Positions 1-9,987 of a stretch of 64,000 nt of DNA are shown in pieces. The notes beneath the pieces were generated by a model, which searched no databases, was not told the DNA's origin, and saw only the letters and a program-made list of their open reading frames with translations. This DNA comes from Verrucomicrobiales bacterium (lineage in GTDB: Bacteria > Verrucomicrobiota > Verrucomicrobiia > Verrucomicrobiales > V1-33). The stretch spans positions 66,411 through 130,410 of the forward strand of contig DASZQB010000131.1 of assembly GCA_035550135.1 (NCBI GenBank), in the 5' to 3' direction. Made by a program: the position numbers and the translations under genes. Position 1 is the stretch's first letter. Every line of letters starts with the position of its first letter.

Positions 1-273
1 GTCGCTTTCGCCAGCGGCGGAGGATCCGATGCGACTTTCACGGCGTCAATCACCGGTGCCAATACCGTTTCCTTCAACGGCTCGCTTCCGGGGATGGCAA
101 ATGAAACGGTCGGTTCAATTGGCCAGCACTTTGTGCAACAGGCTGCCGCGGCCGGCGATAACTACATGCTGTTCGATAATCTTTCCGTCGTCCCCGAACC
201 CTCAACCGGTGCCCTGCTGCTCACACTCCTGATGTTGCCGCTGGCTGCGCGCCGGCGGAAGGCGGCTTTTTGA
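1..273 (+). CDS. PEP-CTERM sorting-domain protein, C-terminal fragment (5' end outside window)
   Basis: Frame 1 is open from nt 1 to TGA 271-273. It is absent from the ORF track because there is no start codon in the window. The tail reads ...DNLSVVPEPSTGALLLTLLMLPLAARRRKAAF: a VPEP motif, a hydrophobic helix and an Arg/Lys cluster, which is the PEP-CTERM signature (PF07589/TIGR02595). Confidence 0.8.
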   Translation, partial: VAFASGGGSDATFTASITGANTVSFNGSLPGMANETVGSIGQHFVQQAAAAGDNYMLFDNLSVVPEPSTGALLLTLLMLPLAARRRKAAF

Positions 274-303
274 GAGTAATTTGACTTCTTCGATAAAGAC
301 TTT

Positions 304-350
304 CCCCATAACACGCCGTTCCCCCATGGGCGTGTTATGGGGTTTTTCAT
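304..350 (+). terminator. Rho-independent terminator after the PEP-CTERM gene
   Basis: Perfect 14-bp stem CCCCATAACACGCC (304-317) / GGCGTGTTATGGGG (329-342), followed by TTTTTCATTTT. Confidence 0.8.
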
Positions 351-380
351 TTTAAGCTTTTTGCGGCACGGACAAATTTG

Positions 381-2609
381 ATGCATGCGCAGAAAAAAGA
401 CGACGGTTCGGCGGACGCACGGCCCCCGCACTCCGGATCTCCCCGGAAACCCGGGTCTGTTCCTTTTGTCATCTTCTGGGCAATTTGTTTTTTGATGATG
501 CTGGCTCCGGCAGCCCCATGGCATGGCTGGAGAGGAATTCTTTTGATCGTCGCCGGCCTTGCGATTGTGCTCCTGCCTCCCCGTGTCGGGATTCCCCGGC
601 TTTCGATCGTGCTCGCGACGGCGTTCGCTCTCCTGGCTTGCATGGTTTTTTTGCCTGCCAATTGGTTTCCCGTTCCCGGGTGGAGAGAACTTCTTCCCAG
701 CCATGGTTTGTCTCCCGCCCCCACGGTCACCGCTCACCCGCTTCAAACCGCGGAGTGTATGGCCGGCATCGTTATCTGTTTGATTGTGATGCTTTATTTG
801 ACGGGTCACCGTGCAGATCACGGAGGTAATCATATTCTGGGAATGATTTTCGCCGTCAGTGTCGCCGTCGTTGCGCTTTTCGCCATGGCGGCACAGAAAT
901 GGCACTGGGAAATTCCGTGGGCTCCCGGTCATACCTTCGGCTTTTTCCTGAACCGGAATCACACTGCGACTCTCCTCGTGATGGGAAGCATGGCTGGAAT
1001 GGGAGTTGTTATGCAGTCTGTTCGCATCCGCACCTGGGGCAGCGGCATTTTGGCGCTCTCTTCAGTGGCGGTATGTGTGCTCGGGCTCATCGCCTGGTCG
1101 GAAAGCCGCGCAGGCATAGTCCTTCTCGCCGGCATGTTTGCCGCGTGGCTGCTCATTCTTGGGCGCGAGTATTTGCGGGGTCGCGTCCTTGTCGCCGCCG
1201 GCTTGCTTGCGGTTATCGCTCTGCTCAGCTATGCGGGTACTGAATCCGCTGCGAAAAGGCGTCTTCAGAACACAGCAGATCACATTTCATCGCTCGCCGG
1301 AAGCGGACCCCGGACGGAAGATGCATGGAAAGCAAAAACAGGTATTGATTCATTCCAGTCTCTTGATCTGCGCCTGCCAATCTATCTCGATACCCTTGAT
1401 ATGCTGCGTCACGAACCGTGGACCGGAGTGGGTGCCGGCCAGTTTCAGTATATCTTTCCCCAGTACCGGCACCGTTCCGCAGTCCTGAATGACAAGCAAT
1501 CTGTGCATCCGGAGAACGACTGGCTCCTCATGGCCGCGGAGACGGGAATCCCTGCAACCCTAACGCTTATCGCTCTTTTGACAGTCTGTTTTGGATCGGC
1601 TTTGCGCAGCGCGCTGGGAGGACGGGCAAGGGCTTTGCGCACGGGCTGCCTCCTGGCTGCTCTCGTGGTGCCTGTGCATGGATTTTTCGACGTACCGGGA
1701 CATCGCATGGAACTCGTGTGGCCCGCCTGTTGGCTGCTGGCGATCAGCCTCCGGGGTTCAAAGGAGTTGCCGGAGGTTTCGCGACTTTGCCGGGCAGTCT
1801 TTCGCGTGCTCGGACTCGGAACCGTCGCCGCCGGAGTATTTCTCGTTTACGGTCAGTGGTTTGGCGGACCCGCTCCCGCCATGTTGGTTTCGAGGCAGGC
1901 GGTTGAGAAGGTGACTGCTCTTTATACAGAGGAAATGACTGCTCTTGAGATCGCGGAGAAAGGGGCGCGCCCGCCGGTGCAAAATGAAGACCGGTTGGAA
2001 AAGGCACTCCAGGAATTAGACAAAGCACTCAAAGTAGTTCCCCTGGATCCCCATCTCCATTATTTAAAAGGGGCCATCTCGATATACTTCGATGATAAAG
2101 ATGCTGACGCGGAACGGTCTTTTGCCCTGGCACGGCTGCTGGATCCCACATGGGTGGCGCTGCCGCTCATGCAGGCGGCGGGATGGGCGCCCATCGATGC
2201 AGTCCGGACGGAAAGCCTGTGGGTTGAAGCAATGAAACGCGCCGCAACTTTGGAACGGATCGATCCCTCAACGCCGCATGGCCGCGCCGAGACTTTCGCC
2301 CTCATTATGAAAGTTGCGAGCGACTGGCCGGAACTGGCGGTTCCAGCGTTTCGCTCGGCCGGGGGAGACGGCACTCTTCTGGAAGCGTGGGCTTCTGCTG
2401 CCTCCAGACGTTCCCTCGATGCGGTGATGCCCTCAATCCTGTCTCTCGAATTTCCGGAGGTGCAGCGACAGGCCCTTTTTCAAATCTGGTATCAGCGAGG
2501 CTCGAAGGAGGCGGTAAGCAATTACGCGCATCATTTTCAGTCTGATCTTTTGAAGACTGCGGAAAAAGCGGTAAATTGGATACACAGGCCGGTTTCCACT
2601 GCCCGGTGA
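381..2609 (+). CDS. O-antigen ligase / Wzy_C-like polytopic membrane protein with a C-terminal TPR-like extension
   Basis: The track ORF starts at TTG 378; the first ATG is at 381. The first ~450 aa contain many hydrophobic segments. Wzy_C (PF04932)-type motifs occur around SESRAGIVLLAGMF and SVHPENDWLLMAAETGIPATL. The last ~300 aa are soluble and TPR-like (LDKALKVVPLDPHLHYLKGAISIYFDD...). The gene lies between a PEP-CTERM gene and polysaccharide genes. Confidence 0.7.
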   Translation: MHAQKKDDGSADARPPHSGSPRKPGSVPFVIFWAICFLMMLAPAAPWHGWRGILLIVAGLAIVLLPPRVGIPRLSIVLATAFALLACMVFLPANWFPVPGWRELLPSHGLSPAPTVTAHPLQTAECMAGIVICLIVMLYLTGHRADHGGNHILGMIFAVSVAVVALFAMAAQKWHWEIPWAPGHTFGFFLNRNHTATLLVMGSMAGMGVVMQSVRIRTWGSGILALSSVAVCVLGLIAWSESRAGIVLLAGMFAAWLLILGREYLRGRVLVAAGLLAVIALLSYAGTESAAKRRLQNTADHISSLAGSGPRTEDAWKAKTGIDSFQSLDLRLPIYLDTLDMLRHEPWTGVGAGQFQYIFPQYRHRSAVLNDKQSVHPENDWLLMAAETGIPATLTLIALLTVCFGSALRSALGGRARALRTGCLLAALVVPVHGFFDVPGHRMELVWPACWLLAISLRGSKELPEVSRLCRAVFRVLGLGTVAAGVFLVYGQWFGGPAPAMLVSRQAVEKVTALYTEEMTALEIAEKGARPPVQNEDRLEKALQELDKALKVVPLDPHLHYLKGAISIYFDDKDADAERSFALARLLDPTWVALPLMQAAGWAPIDAVRTESLWVEAMKRAATLERIDPSTPHGRAETFALIMKVASDWPELAVPAFRSAGGDGTLLEAWASAASRRSLDAVMPSILSLEFPEVQRQALFQIWYQRGSKEAVSNYAHHFQSDLLKTAEKAVNWIHRPVSTAR

Positions 2610-2629
2610 ACGCGTCCGAATCTCATATT

Positions 2630-3328
2630 ATGGCTGCCTTCAACCCCTCAAAGCTTCCGCTCTGGACCAGGTGGGGCCGCTATCCGGCCGTTCCCGAAGG
2701 CAGGATCCCGCGCTCAAAGCGATGCTTTGATCTGATCCTGCTGCTGGCGGCCGCGCCACTGTGGCTGCCTTTGTTGGCAATCACCGCTGTCGTCGTCCGG
2801 TGCAGTATTGGCAGACCGGTGTTGTTTTCACAGCAGCGCCCGGGCCTTGGCGCGCGTTTGTTTTTGCTGCGCAAATTTCGCACCATGACAAACGCATGCG
2901 ATGCGACCGGCCAATTGTTGCCGGATAGTGAACGGCTCACCGCGGCGGGGCGCTGGTTGCGTGCGTCGTCCCTCGATGAACTGCCCGGTCTCCTTTCCGT
3001 CCTGCGTGGAGAAATCAGCCTTGTTGGCCCGCGGCCGCTGCTTCCCGCATATCTTCCCCTCTATACTCCGGACCAGGCCCGGAGACATCAAGTGCTGCCC
3101 GGAATAACCGGCTGGGCTCAAGTGAACGGGCGGAACCGGATTCCGTGGGAGGAGAAATTTGAAATGGACGTGTGGTATGTTGATCATGCCTCTCTGGGGC
3201 TGGACCTCTATATCATCATGCGCACGCTGCTGAAAGTGCTCCGGCGGGAGGGCATTTCGGCGGATGGACAGGCTACCATGCCGGTTTTTGCCGGCACTCC
3301 GGAGAACGCTTTATCCAGGAGGCCTTAG
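2630..3328 (+). CDS. Undecaprenyl-phosphate sugar phosphotransferase (Bac_transf family, WbaP/EpsB-like short form)
   Basis: PF02397-type motifs: KRCFDLILLLAAAPLWLPLL (TM), GRPVLFSQQRPG, LRKFRTM, SLDELPGLLSVLRGEISLVGPRP, ITGWAQVNGRN. The start is placed at ATG 2630, the first ATG after the upstream stop at 2607-2609. The track start at 2576 overlaps the previous gene. Confidence 0.9.
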   Translation: MAAFNPSKLPLWTRWGRYPAVPEGRIPRSKRCFDLILLLAAAPLWLPLLAITAVVVRCSIGRPVLFSQQRPGLGARLFLLRKFRTMTNACDATGQLLPDSERLTAAGRWLRASSLDELPGLLSVLRGEISLVGPRPLLPAYLPLYTPDQARRHQVLPGITGWAQVNGRNRIPWEEKFEMDVWYVDHASLGLDLYIIMRTLLKVLRREGISADGQATMPVFAGTPENALSRRP

Positions 3329-3520
3329 CTTACGTTTTCCGTGCCGCCCCAGACTGATTGCCAGTCTGTTCCGCGGAATCGCATAGTTGCGATATGATTC
3401 CTTTTTGAGAGCAGTCTGCAATAAAACGTTTTCGGGGAATACAGGGTTTACCTGATATTGGTTTTTGATAATATAATAAACACACACGAATGGCTTCCGA
3501 CCGGTATTGATGTTATAAAA

Positions 3521-5566
3521 ATGGAGGCATTGCCGGAGCAGCCTGAATGGCCGCCGGGGAGTGTCTGCGCCCTGACCCTGGCCTCCAGCATCGACCATCG
3601 AATGCCAACCGACCCAATCCCTCCTGACGTCATCCTGCGGCTCACCAGAAGACACAGGATTATTCTGATCGCCGGCGTGTACACGCTGCTGGCCGCCCTT
3701 TCGCTTTGGGCGGCTTTTTTGATGCGATTTGATTTTCGCCTGAGCGACCATAACAAAGCCCTGCTGGTCACTCACCTTTGGTGGGTCATCACGGGCAAGC
3801 TGCTGCTGCTGGCCGCCGCCGGGCAATTCAGCGGGCTTTTGACGTTTTTCGGGGTCCGCGATGCCATTTTCATCGCGGGCGCTTCGCTTTTGGGCGTGTT
3901 GGTTATCGCCGGTCTTTTGTGGTTCATGCCGGTCGGGATTGTCTGGCCGCCCCGCGGGGTTGTGTGTATCGATGCAGCGTTGTTTAGCGGGGCTGTGGCG
4001 ACTGTGCGCCTCAGTGCGCGGATGTGGGGAGAACGACGCGCCAGCGAATGCAAACTTCCGGGAGGGGAGGTTCCCGTCGCCGTCATTGGCGCGGGTCACG
4101 TCGGTGCGAAGCTCATTGAGGAACTCCGCAGGAAGCCATCCATGGGATTGAGACCGGTGGTGATTTTTGATGATGACCGTTTCAAGTGGGGATTGCGGCT
4201 CCACGGCATTCCGATTGTTGCGGCTCCAGAGGCGCTCCCGGATTACGCGGGACGTTATGGGATTCGCGAAGTCCTCCTGGCGATGCCTTCGGCGGCCAAG
4301 TCCCGACTCCGGGAAATTGTTCGCCTGAGCCACGCTTCCAATTTCCGCTGCGTGACGGTTCCCTCCATCGAGCAGTTGGCCACGGGAAATGTGGCGGTAA
4401 CGGCGCTGAAGGAAGTAGCGATAGAGGATCTGCTGGGACGTGAAGCTGTTCGGATGGAGTCCGGAATCGTTCTCGAAAATCTGCGGGGTCGCGTGGTCAT
4501 GATCACCGGGGGAGGCGGAAGTATTGGCAGTGAATTGTGCCGTCAGGTGGCCGCCTGCCATCCCCGCCGGCTGCTCGTGGTGGATCAGTCCGAACCGAGC
4601 CTTTTCCAAATTGAACAGGAATTGCTGGAGTCGGTTTCTGCGGAGACATTGCGGCCGCTCGTGGCGGATGTGCTCGATGAACACCGCATGCGCAGCATAT
4701 TTGAAGAATTCCGTCCTGAGATCATTTTCCACGCAGCGGCTCATAAACACGTTCCCATGATGGAATCCCAGCCCGGCGAAGCCATCAAGAATAACGCCTT
4801 CGGGACGAGGCTGCTGGTGCGAATGGCCTCCGAGTTTGCGGTGGACCGGTTCGTTCTGATCTCAACGGATAAGGCCATCAATCCCACCAATGCGATGGGT
4901 GCCTCGAAGCGGATGGCCGAAGTCTATCTCCAGGCATGGCAGCGGGCGCAGAAGGGAACCACTCGATTTGCCGCCGTGCGTTTTGGAAACGTTCTCGGTT
5001 CGTCCGGCAGCGTGATTCCGATTTTCAAGAAGCAGATCGCGGCGGGCGGTCCGGTTAAAGTGACGGATCCGGAGATGGTGCGCTATTTCATGACCATCCC
5101 GGAGGCGGTAGGTCTGGTGATGCGAAGCGGGATCATGGCGCAGGGCGGGGAAATCTTCGTGCTGGATATGGGCAAACCGGTGCGAATCCTTGATCTCGCA
5201 ACGCAGATGATTGAACTCTCCGGTCTGAAGCCTGGCCGGGATATTGCCATAGAGTTTACCGGACTCCGTCCCGGTGAGAAACTGTTTGAGGAATTGGGTC
5301 ACTCAGGAGAGGACATCGCCGCGACGACGCACGAGCGAATCATGCGCTTCACCGGCCCTGCCACACCATTTGCTGTCGTTGAGGAACACTTCCAGGACAT
5401 GATGGACCGCATGACAAACTCCGATCCTCTGACGTTGAAGCAGATGATGAAGGAACTGATTCCGGAATACCGTGTTTACGAAGCCCCGGCAGAAACCCGG
5501 AGCAGCGTGCCCGCCCACCGCCAGGATGTCGTTTTTGGCGGAAGCCTTGTCCTGCAACAAGCCTAA
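3521..5566 (+). CDS. Polysaccharide biosynthesis protein CapD/WbpM/PglF type (membrane-anchored NDP-sugar 4,6-dehydratase/epimerase)
   Basis: Polysacc_synt_2 (PF02719) hallmarks: N-terminal TM segments, VMITGGGGSIGSEL Rossmann motif, FHAAAHKHVPMME, STDKAINPTNAMGASKRMAE, RFGNVLGSSGSVIP. The start is uncertain (3458 in the track, ATG 3521 or ATG 3602). An AT-rich tract with TATAAT at 3472-3477 argues against 3458. Confidence 0.9.
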   Translation: MEALPEQPEWPPGSVCALTLASSIDHRMPTDPIPPDVILRLTRRHRIILIAGVYTLLAALSLWAAFLMRFDFRLSDHNKALLVTHLWWVITGKLLLLAAAGQFSGLLTFFGVRDAIFIAGASLLGVLVIAGLLWFMPVGIVWPPRGVVCIDAALFSGAVATVRLSARMWGERRASECKLPGGEVPVAVIGAGHVGAKLIEELRRKPSMGLRPVVIFDDDRFKWGLRLHGIPIVAAPEALPDYAGRYGIREVLLAMPSAAKSRLREIVRLSHASNFRCVTVPSIEQLATGNVAVTALKEVAIEDLLGREAVRMESGIVLENLRGRVVMITGGGGSIGSELCRQVAACHPRRLLVVDQSEPSLFQIEQELLESVSAETLRPLVADVLDEHRMRSIFEEFRPEIIFHAAAHKHVPMMESQPGEAIKNNAFGTRLLVRMASEFAVDRFVLISTDKAINPTNAMGASKRMAEVYLQAWQRAQKGTTRFAAVRFGNVLGSSGSVIPIFKKQIAAGGPVKVTDPEMVRYFMTIPEAVGLVMRSGIMAQGGEIFVLDMGKPVRILDLATQMIELSGLKPGRDIAIEFTGLRPGEKLFEELGHSGEDIAATTHERIMRFTGPATPFAVVEEHFQDMMDRMTNSDPLTLKQMMKELIPEYRVYEAPAETRSSVPAHRQDVVFGGSLVLQQA

Positions 5567-5631
5567 CGTGATTTGAACAGGTCTTTGCAGGAAACGGTAC
5601 CAACGAAAAACGACGCCAACGAAAAGCAGCC

Positions 5632-5913
5632 ATGGACCAGGAAACCACCCGCGCTTTCACCAGACTTGCCTCGATGCTTCTTGAGACGCAGGCACAACTC
5701 CACACCGCCAATCTTCTTGTCGGCTTCCTCCTTAAACAACAGGGGTTCAGCCACGAAGAGTTTGAAGAATTGCGGCGCGAGAAGGAAGAGCAATTCCTTG
5801 AACGCGCTCTTCTGGATCTCTCGGATCAGGGCCAGGACTTCGTTCGCCAGATTGACGTGCGCGGATTGCTTCGCAAATACGATCCACCGCACTTTTCGGT
5901 TCCCGCCGCGTGA
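5632..5913 (+). CDS. Hypothetical small helical protein (93 aa)
   Basis: ATG-initiated ORF with host-like codon texture. I recognise no family. It ends 55 nt before the tRNA on the opposite strand. Confidence 0.5.
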   Translation: MDQETTRAFTRLASMLLETQAQLHTANLLVGFLLKQQGFSHEEFEELRREKEEQFLERALLDLSDQGQDFVRQIDVRGLLRKYDPPHFSVPAA

Positions 5914-5967
5914 GTTGTTCCCCACCCGGAACCGGCTCTCTGCCGGTAAACTTCCTGATTTCAACGG

Positions 5968-6043
5968 TGGTGGCTCGAGACGGATTCGAACCGCCGACAC
6001 GAGGATTTTCAATCCTCTGCTCTACCGACTGAGCTATCGAGCC
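5968..6043 (-). tRNA. tRNA-Phe (anticodon GAA), CCA encoded
   Basis: The reverse complement is GGCTCGA TA GCTC AGTCGGTA GAGC A GAGGA TTGAAAA TCCTC GTGTC GGCGG TTCGAAT CCGTC TCGAGCC A CCA. This is a 76-nt canonical cloverleaf with a 7-bp acceptor stem, a GTTCGAAT T-loop and anticodon GAA. Confidence 0.97.
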
Positions 6044-6143
6044 ATGAACGCCAGGGGTCGCAGGCGGACCGGGCGCAGTGCGCGGAGTCATAGCCTGGGG
6101 AGGCGGGGGGGCAAGCGATTTTTCCGCGGGAAATCGAGACAAT

Positions 6144-8993
6144 TTACTTTGCACCAACGGGGGCTTCGCCTGTTGACACGACCCTCACTGCTGTAGCGGC
6201 CCCGTCCTTAAGGTATTGCTTCGCCAGCGCGTTGATGTCCTCCACCGTCACGGCGTTGAAGTCGTCGATCATGGTGCGAGCCCAGTCCAGGCGCTCGGGT
6301 CTGGATTGGGAGGGTGCCACCACGGTGCTGAGCCAATAGGTATTGCTGCGCTGCTGTTCCTTGAGTTTTGTCAGGATCGGCTTGCGGGCGCGGTCGAGTT
6401 CGTCGGCGGTGGCGCCGTTGGCGGCGAGTTCAGCTCCCAGTTTCGTGGCGATCTCACAGAGGCTCTTTGCGTCTTTCGCATCGGCGGTCATCATGGCCAT
6501 CATCTGGCCGTACCCCGGCCAGGTATCGCTCATCATGCTGGCCACCTGCGGGCTGTAGCTTTCACCGAGTTCCTCCCGCACTTTCTTGCGCACGCGATCC
6601 GACAAGATTTCCGCCACCAGCGAAAGGCGGCGCGAAAGCTTCACATCCTTCAGGCGGTCGCTCGTGGGCCAATAAACGAGCGCCATGCTTTTCGGGATCT
6701 TGGATTCGAAGGGAAATTCCTTTTCCGGTGTGCCTTTCGGGAAGGCGATCTTGAGCAGGTCCTCCTTGTTTGATTTCTCCGATGCCCGCGCGGGCAGGGT
6801 CCCGATCGTTGCCGCTGCGGCGTTGATCACCTCCTGCACATCGAGGTCGCCCACGACACCGATTTCCAAATAGCCGGACTTCAACTGAGGCCCCAGCCAG
6901 TCTTTCATTTCAGCAATGGTGCGTGCCGCCAGTTCCTCCTGTTTCGGGAAGACAAAACGATAATCGTTACCGTGTGCGAAGGCATCGGCTTTGCTTTGCA
7001 TGACACCTTCCGGCGTGTGTTCCATCCGCTGGTAAATCGCGGGCAGGCTCATCTTCAGGCGGGCGACTCCGTCATCGCGCCAGCCGGGATCACTGAGGAA
7101 GGCGGCGAGCAATTGAAACTGCTCTTTCAAGTCCTTGCGGTTCGTTTTGCCGGAGAGGCCGAAACTGTCGTCCGTAATGCTGAAGTTGATATCCACTGTC
7201 TTGCCGGCGAGCACGCGCTGCAGGTCGTCGATACTGTGTTTGCCGAGGGCGCTTTGTTCGAAATTGAACTGCGTGAAGACCGGCAGGCCAGGTTTGTCTT
7301 TCGGTGCGTTGAGGCGGCCATCACCGAAGGCAGCGGCCACGTGAATGGTGTCCTTTTGGAAGTCGGTGGGTTTGATATTGAGCCGCACCCCATTGGCAAA
7401 CTGCACCTGAGTGACTTGGAGGTCCTCCACCGTCTTTTGGGACGTTGCTTTCACCGGCGTGCCAAAATTCGTGTAGGCCCACGCGGCATCGGCCTCTTCC
7501 TTTTTCGGCTCCACTTTTACCGCACGGCTCTTTTTCCACGCCTCAGCGATGGCGCTCTCTCCATTTTCCAACGCAAGGTTGCCGCCGATGAAAACGCGAA
7601 TGTCCTCCGTGGTCCAGTCGGCCTTGAGAGCCTCGTGACATTGTTCCAAAGTCACCTTCGGCAGTTCAGCCTTCATCCATGCCAGATCATCCGCTGGATG
7701 TGTGAAAACACGGCGGTCGGAGATGCCGGATGAGATGGAATCCGCCAGGGCGCGCGATTTGCGCGTAGGAGCCTCTGCCGCGCTGTTTTCGGCCGCGGTG
7801 AGAAGATTGGCGGTGGCTTCGGTGAGTTCGGATTTGGTAAAGCCGTGCTCCACCGCGCGGCGCAGTTCCTGTTCACCGGCGGCGAGAGCTTTGTCCCAGT
7901 TTTCCGGCTTGGCGCTGACCTGAAGCTCCGAGCTTTCCATGAAGTGAAACAGATCCTCATGGCCGGAGCCCGCGGCCAAAAACGGAGAGTCCGGCTTCTT
8001 GGCAAGCACCTCAAACCGGCGGTCCAGCATGGAATCCGCGAGCTGCCGGATCATTTCCTTGCGTCGCGTTTCCTTATTATCGGGAAGCTGGCGCGACGGG
8101 CGGCCCGCACTCACCTGGATCGTGATTTGTCCGGCTTCTTTGTCCGTGTAGAGCTTTGTGACAAGTCCCTTTCCGGTCGTTACCTTCCCCAACTCCGGAT
8201 CGGTGGGCCTGGCCGCGGAGGCTTTCAGACCGGAAAATTGTTCGGCGATGAGCTTCTTCACCGGTTCCACTTCCACGTCGCCCACCACGATCACCACCAT
8301 GCGGTTCGGCGTGTACCACTTCTTATAGTAGTCCACAAAGCGCTGTTTCGGCGCTTTCATGATGATGTCCTCTGTCCCAATAGGCCAGCGTTTGGGGATG
8401 AGCGAATCCGGCAGCGTGAATCCGATACCTTCCAGTTGCATGCGGAAGTTCACCGAGTCCCGCGCCTTCTTCTCGCTCAGAATGACGCCGCGCTCCTTTT
8501 CGATTTCCTGCTCGCCGATGATCATGCCGTCCGCCACGTCGCGCATGAAGAGCATGCCTTTACCCAGCATATCAGGGGTGCGGTCCGGCAGTTCCAGTTT
8601 GTAAACGGTCTCGTCAAAGGATGTGTGCGCATTCGTGTCCGCGCCAAATCCCATTCCCATCCGCTGGAAGAACTCCACCATTTCATTGGCCGGGTAATTC
8701 CTCGTGCCGTTGAAGGCCATGTGCTCCATGAAGTGCGCCAGCCCCTGCTGATCGTCGCCCTCCATGAGGGAGCCGGTGCCAATGTGCAGGCGGATGCTGA
8801 CGCGCTTTGGCGGTTCCGCGTTCGGCAGGATGATGTAACGAACACCGTTGTCGATGCCGCCATAGACGGCTTTGGGGTCCGGCTTGAGGTCGCTGCCTTC
8901 CTGAGCCCAGCGGCCGTTGGAAGTGAAACCCTCGGCCCCGGCCACAACCGGAGCGAGCAGGAAAACGGAAAGAACGGGGCTGAATCTGTTCAT
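6144..8993 (-). CDS. Secreted M16 (pitrilysin/insulinase) family zinc peptidase, double-unit PqqL-like
   Basis: Signal peptide MNRFSPVLSVFLLAPVVAGAEG. Inverted zinc motif HFMEHMAFNGT (HxxEH) followed by ...FDETVY. The 949-aa length fits active plus inactive M16 halves (PF00675/PF05193). Confidence 0.9.
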   Translation of the reverse strand: MNRFSPVLSVFLLAPVVAGAEGFTSNGRWAQEGSDLKPDPKAVYGGIDNGVRYIILPNAEPPKRVSIRLHIGTGSLMEGDDQQGLAHFMEHMAFNGTRNYPANEMVEFFQRMGMGFGADTNAHTSFDETVYKLELPDRTPDMLGKGMLFMRDVADGMIIGEQEIEKERGVILSEKKARDSVNFRMQLEGIGFTLPDSLIPKRWPIGTEDIIMKAPKQRFVDYYKKWYTPNRMVVIVVGDVEVEPVKKLIAEQFSGLKASAARPTDPELGKVTTGKGLVTKLYTDKEAGQITIQVSAGRPSRQLPDNKETRRKEMIRQLADSMLDRRFEVLAKKPDSPFLAAGSGHEDLFHFMESSELQVSAKPENWDKALAAGEQELRRAVEHGFTKSELTEATANLLTAAENSAAEAPTRKSRALADSISSGISDRRVFTHPADDLAWMKAELPKVTLEQCHEALKADWTTEDIRVFIGGNLALENGESAIAEAWKKSRAVKVEPKKEEADAAWAYTNFGTPVKATSQKTVEDLQVTQVQFANGVRLNIKPTDFQKDTIHVAAAFGDGRLNAPKDKPGLPVFTQFNFEQSALGKHSIDDLQRVLAGKTVDINFSITDDSFGLSGKTNRKDLKEQFQLLAAFLSDPGWRDDGVARLKMSLPAIYQRMEHTPEGVMQSKADAFAHGNDYRFVFPKQEELAARTIAEMKDWLGPQLKSGYLEIGVVGDLDVQEVINAAAATIGTLPARASEKSNKEDLLKIAFPKGTPEKEFPFESKIPKSMALVYWPTSDRLKDVKLSRRLSLVAEILSDRVRKKVREELGESYSPQVASMMSDTWPGYGQMMAMMTADAKDAKSLCEIATKLGAELAANGATADELDRARKPILTKLKEQQRSNTYWLSTVVAPSQSRPERLDWARTMIDDFNAVTVEDINALAKQYLKDGAATAVRVVSTGEAPVGAK

Positions 8994-9104
8994 GGGAAAA
9001 CGGGAAGGATTGGCGGTTTGATTGGCCTAAAGCGTCGCGGAGCGAAAGGGTTATTCCACGGAATTTTGGCGATGGAGCACCTGGTCCGGTTTCAGGTTCC
9101 GTTT

Positions 9105-9509
9105 TCAGCCGGTTCGCTGCCGGGCATAATACGGCAGTTCACCCGCGGTACGGACCCAGGAAACCCTGTCTTCGACCCATGTGTGGTCCGCAGGCTGAAA
9201 AATGTCAGGATTATCGAAACTGCAAACGGTGACGTCCACTTCGTCCGCCGCCGGCGCCGCCATGAATGTGAGCGGCGTCCCGCAGGACGCGCAAAAGGAG
9301 CGCACCCGGCCCGCCCATGGCAATAACCGGGGTGTGCCTTGTGTCACGCGGAAATCGCTTCGCCGGAATGTCGCCCAGGTGACGAATGCCGCCGCGCTGC
9401 TGCGGCGGCAGTCCGAACAGTGACAATGCGTGACATTGTAAGCCGCCCCGGTGGTTTCGAATCGAATGGCCCCGCACAGGCAGCCGCCTTGAACGACGTG
9501 TGGTCTCAT
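9105..9509 (-). CDS. GFA family protein (glutathione-dependent formaldehyde-activating enzyme / CENP-V fold)
   Basis: GGCLCGAIRFE..., THCHCSDCRR and SFCASCGTPL cysteine clusters typical of PF04828; 134 aa. Confidence 0.85.
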   Translation of the reverse strand: MRPHVVQGGCLCGAIRFETTGAAYNVTHCHCSDCRRSSAAAFVTWATFRRSDFRVTQGTPRLLPWAGRVRSFCASCGTPLTFMAAPAADEVDVTVCSFDNPDIFQPADHTWVEDRVSWVRTAGELPYYARQRTG

Positions 9510-9630
9510 AGTCGCACCATCGTAAGACCGGTCGAAGGCCCCGCAAGGGATGCGATTCCTTCACCGCGGAGCGAAGGCATCGTTTTTTCCTCTCGCCTTG
9601 CCCTCCGGCGCGCTGCTAAATGCGCGCGCC

Positions 9631-9966
9631 ATGAGTGACCCATTGCCCGAACACAAAGACTTCATCCACAGCGAGGAATTTCTGCAGCGCCTGATGCGCA
9701 GACAGTTGAAGTTGTCGGTGGCTTGCGCAGCGGCATTCATGGTGGTGCTGTTGGGATTGCCGCTGCTGAATTATTTTGCTCCGGACTTTATGGCCACGCG
9801 GATTGGCGGGTTCACGCTGACGTGGCTCATTCTCGGGGTGCTCATGTTTCCATTCGTCTGGATCATCAGCGGCATCTTCATCAAGGTGTCGTTGAAGATG
9901 GAAGCCGGGGAAGCGGCGAAAGCACGGGAGGAGAATGCAAAGCGCACCGGCGGCATTGCGGGCTAG
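9631..9966 (+). CDS. DUF485 (YjcH-like) small membrane protein
   Basis: 111 aa from ATG 9631 (the track ORF starts earlier, at 9550). It has two hydrophobic helices (VACAAAFMVVLLGLPLL; LTWLILGVLMFPFVWIISGIFI). It lies directly upstream of a sodium:solute symporter, the conserved yjcH-actP arrangement (PF04341). Confidence 0.75.
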   Translation: MSDPLPEHKDFIHSEEFLQRLMRRQLKLSVACAAAFMVVLLGLPLLNYFAPDFMATRIGGFTLTWLILGVLMFPFVWIISGIFIKVSLKMEAGEAAKAREENAKRTGGIAG

Positions 9967-9987
9967 GCGGATCTTATTTTTCGGATT

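Noticed and set aside
5563-6196. ORFs 5563-6012 (-), 5573-6196 (+) and 5747-6157 (-)
   Set aside because: They run through the tRNA-Phe gene (5968-6043) and have no recognisable motifs. The tRNA cloverleaf is unambiguous.
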